A stretch of DNA of 64,000 nt from Paraspadella gotoi (taxonomy: Eukaryota > Animalia > Chaetognatha). The notes under the pieces were generated by a model. The model worked only from the letters and a program-made list of their open reading frames with translations. It did not search any database and was not told where the DNA came from. The stretch is taken from contig CM119267.1 of assembly GCA_051294375.1 (NCBI GenBank), forward strand, positions 19,791,546 to 19,855,545. The letters are read 5' to 3'. The position numbers and the translations under genes were made by a program. Positions 61,533-64,000 of the stretch are shown piece by piece. How positions within the stretch are numbered: position 1 is the stretch's first letter; the number at the start of each line of letters is the position of its first letter.

Positions 61533-63064
61533 CTAAGAGGACCAGGTTATTTCTATTCTTGAAACTGTCTGGTCGAGACACCCGACGACGATGCCGCAAG
61601 TCTTTTCTTTAGCAGGTGCCTCGTAAGGCACCAAGGAACAAACCCAGGCGCTGGTCGGTTGCGATGCTACAAGGCGCCCTCCGTGGTAAAGGTGGACGCG
61701 ATCAAAGTTTCCCGCGGCGACGAGGGCGTCGTGGATTCGCGTCGCCGGGGCCAACGATCCCGAGGAGACGCGGGCGGAGGATGATGATGATGATGATGAA
61801 CGGCGGCGACCGATAGCGCTGAAGTAGGAGGTTCCAGAGTTTGACACAGGAAGCGTTAAAAGCTTAGTGATGCAGTGGTCTCCCTTCACGAAGGATTGAC
61901 GAACAACTTCAAAATTCTCCATGATGTAGATGGCGCCATTTTCACAGCCCAGGGCTAAATAAAAAGCAAGGAAATAATAATCCGGGTCGTCTTAAACCCA
62001 AATCTTATGGCCAATATTCCATACCTATTTGTAAGCCCGATCTAGCGTCGCCCGTTGCGGCCCAAGGCGTCCCGGCCGCTCGCGACGGCTCGTCGTAAGA
62101 GACGTAGTTTCCTACTGCCATTGCGTTTACGATGGAAGGCGCGTGCGTCGCGAAAACGATTCGCCCTTGATTTATCACGTGCACCCGAGCGACGCTGTCG
62201 GCGACCAAAACGTAGGTGGCTTGAGATTCGGCGCTCGTCGGCAAGACGAACGAAGAGATGCAAGTGACGGCCGCCGAGGAGACCGACCCGAACGTCGGCG
62301 TCTGAAAATATACTTCCGTAATTTAATATAATTTTGAAAATGTTATATAAATTATTAGCCTGGAAACCTAACCTCGAGCAAGTTAAGTCGCCATAACTCC
62401 TTGGAAGGTTGAACCCCCGCTACGAGACCGGCGTCTCCACCGACGATGAGCGAAACAGTTCCGTCCAAGTCCTAACATTAGAATTCAAGTTTATCCCTGC
62501 CGCGCCGATCGCGAATGAGAATTAAGAAAGCCGACCTCCGAAACTTCGAGACAGTCGAGCGACTCATTGGAGAGCGAGAGTCTAGACAAAATTTGTCCGT
62601 TGCAAAAAATGGTGAGAAGACCACGCGAGTCACAGGTGATTACGTCTTTCGCGTGAACTTTGGTAACGTCGTGAACGACCATGGCCTAGAAATCGTTATT
62701 TTTTTATATTTACAAATAATGGGTTATAAGTGAATTAGTCGCCATTAGGCATAATTAAATATTTAAAAATAAGTCATAAACGTGGAAACTTATTAACTGG
62801 TAAATACTATTATTACGCCACCTGTAGGGCGTCGCCTTTCGTTTCGTGTTCGGCGACGAGCTTTAAATGGTTCGACGTCGCCGTCGTCCTGGCGACATTC
62901 GAAGTCCCAATCTCGTACACGTAGACTTTTCCATCCTCAGCGGCAACGGCTAAACTAAGACCACGATGCCGAAAGATGGCGTCCACTGCGACGCAGTTAA
63001 AGGCGTGGGGAAGTTTTTGAGTCCAAAGAACTGAAAAGCGTGCCTCGAGTTCTTTGAACAACAT
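61533..63064 (-). CDS. Uncharacterised beta-propeller-like protein (~5 exons)
   Basis: In-frame GT-AG exons giving beta-strand repeats LAVAAEDGKVYVY, VITCDSRGLLTIF, LIVGGDAGLV, VLVADSVARVHVI, ALGCENGAIYIM, IVVGCLDQTV. Confidence 0.7.
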
Positions 63065-63241
63065 TGCCACGACTACAAAGACAAAATATTTTCCTCTACT
63101 GAGGAAAGGAGCTCTGTGAAACAGGAAGCCTAAATTTTAAAACATTTCAAATGTTACAGCTTTTACTAAATAATTTTCATTTTAACAAAACAAAAGTTTT
63201 CATAATTAGTCGACGAATAAAGGACCATCAATCGTTTTAGC

Positions 63242-63570
63242 CTATGAAGCCGGGGTGGCGGCGGCGGCGGCGACGGCGGCGAGACGGGCAGCTTTCTCGG
63301 CCCATTGTCTCTCGTTCTGAGCGCGAACCTAAATGAAACAAAACAAGTAGAAAACCAAACTCTCACTGGCTTCCGATCTTGTACAAAGAAAACTTCACCA
63401 ACCTTCTTCTTTCCGAGCTTGTTGTTTTTCTTGGAAAATCTGAGGTTCCTCAAAAATTTACGATCCATCCCATCCTGGCTGGAATGACGATGGGTTTTGG
63501 GCTTCTTGATGCCGTTCCTGTGGTTCTTACGGTTCTGATTGTGGTGAGAATAATTCTTCGACTTGGCCAT
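63242..63570 (-). CDS. RPL29: 60S ribosomal protein L29 (eL29); exons 63570-63403 and 63328-63242
   Basis: [24 protein letters not shown]...[17 protein letters not shown]; second exon [27 protein letters not shown]. Confidence 0.95.
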
Positions 63571-64000
63571 CTTTAATGTCAGTTAAACGTAAATTTAACG
63601 AGTTATCTGCTATAAAGCATAAAAATCTATTTGAAACTGGTTTTTCAAAATTGAAATTTTGGACAAAACAAATGTTCAAATATTTAATTCTTTTCTAAAG
63701 ATTGCTGAAAAAACTAATAAAATAACTACAAGTACGAGTAAAAGAGAATTAAGCTAGTCCTAGTTTTCTTCTGAATTCTCCTGAAACGCTTCCGCCATGA
63801 ATAATTTCCCGAGAGACTGTGCAGAGAACTGTCCGACTTGTTTGCAGTAGTTCGTGACCTAAACAACCACGCGTTACTCATGATTGGACCGAAACAGTAG
63901 TTTTTTTCTTTTTCAACTAGTAGATTTTCTTATTTACCTGATTGCTTATAAGCAAAGTATCCAACCGTATCGGAGCTGGAATCGGTTTGAATATTTTAGT

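Overview
Eukaryotic, almost certainly invertebrate animal, genomic DNA with GC-rich exons, AT-rich mostly short (~60-150 bp) GT-AG introns and one 10-N gap. Nineteen consecutive protein-coding genes, plus a probable truncated 20th at the left edge, all lie on the minus strand. In transcription order they are RPL29, an unnamed beta-propeller, RPL3, DDX24, RPS5, an F-box protein, MRPL19, SNU13, a small coiled-coil ORF, CHID1, BAG6, a DCXR-like SDR, APEX2, DDX31, EEF1AKMT2, KIF21, CBL, STOML1 and SKP1. Many stop-to-ATG spacers are only 105-310 bp and carry an unpaired pyrimidine-tract/AG acceptor just before the ATG. This pattern suggests SL trans-spliced operons (inference; no SL RNA gene is in the window). 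Most large introns and spacers are explained by mobile elements: two Helentron/HINE-like families, a Tc1-like MITE, an LTR remnant, a tRNA-type SINE, and a Penelope-like fragment with inverted pLTRs that each carry a minimal hammerhead ribozyme. Gene identities come from recalled family motifs, not database searches.
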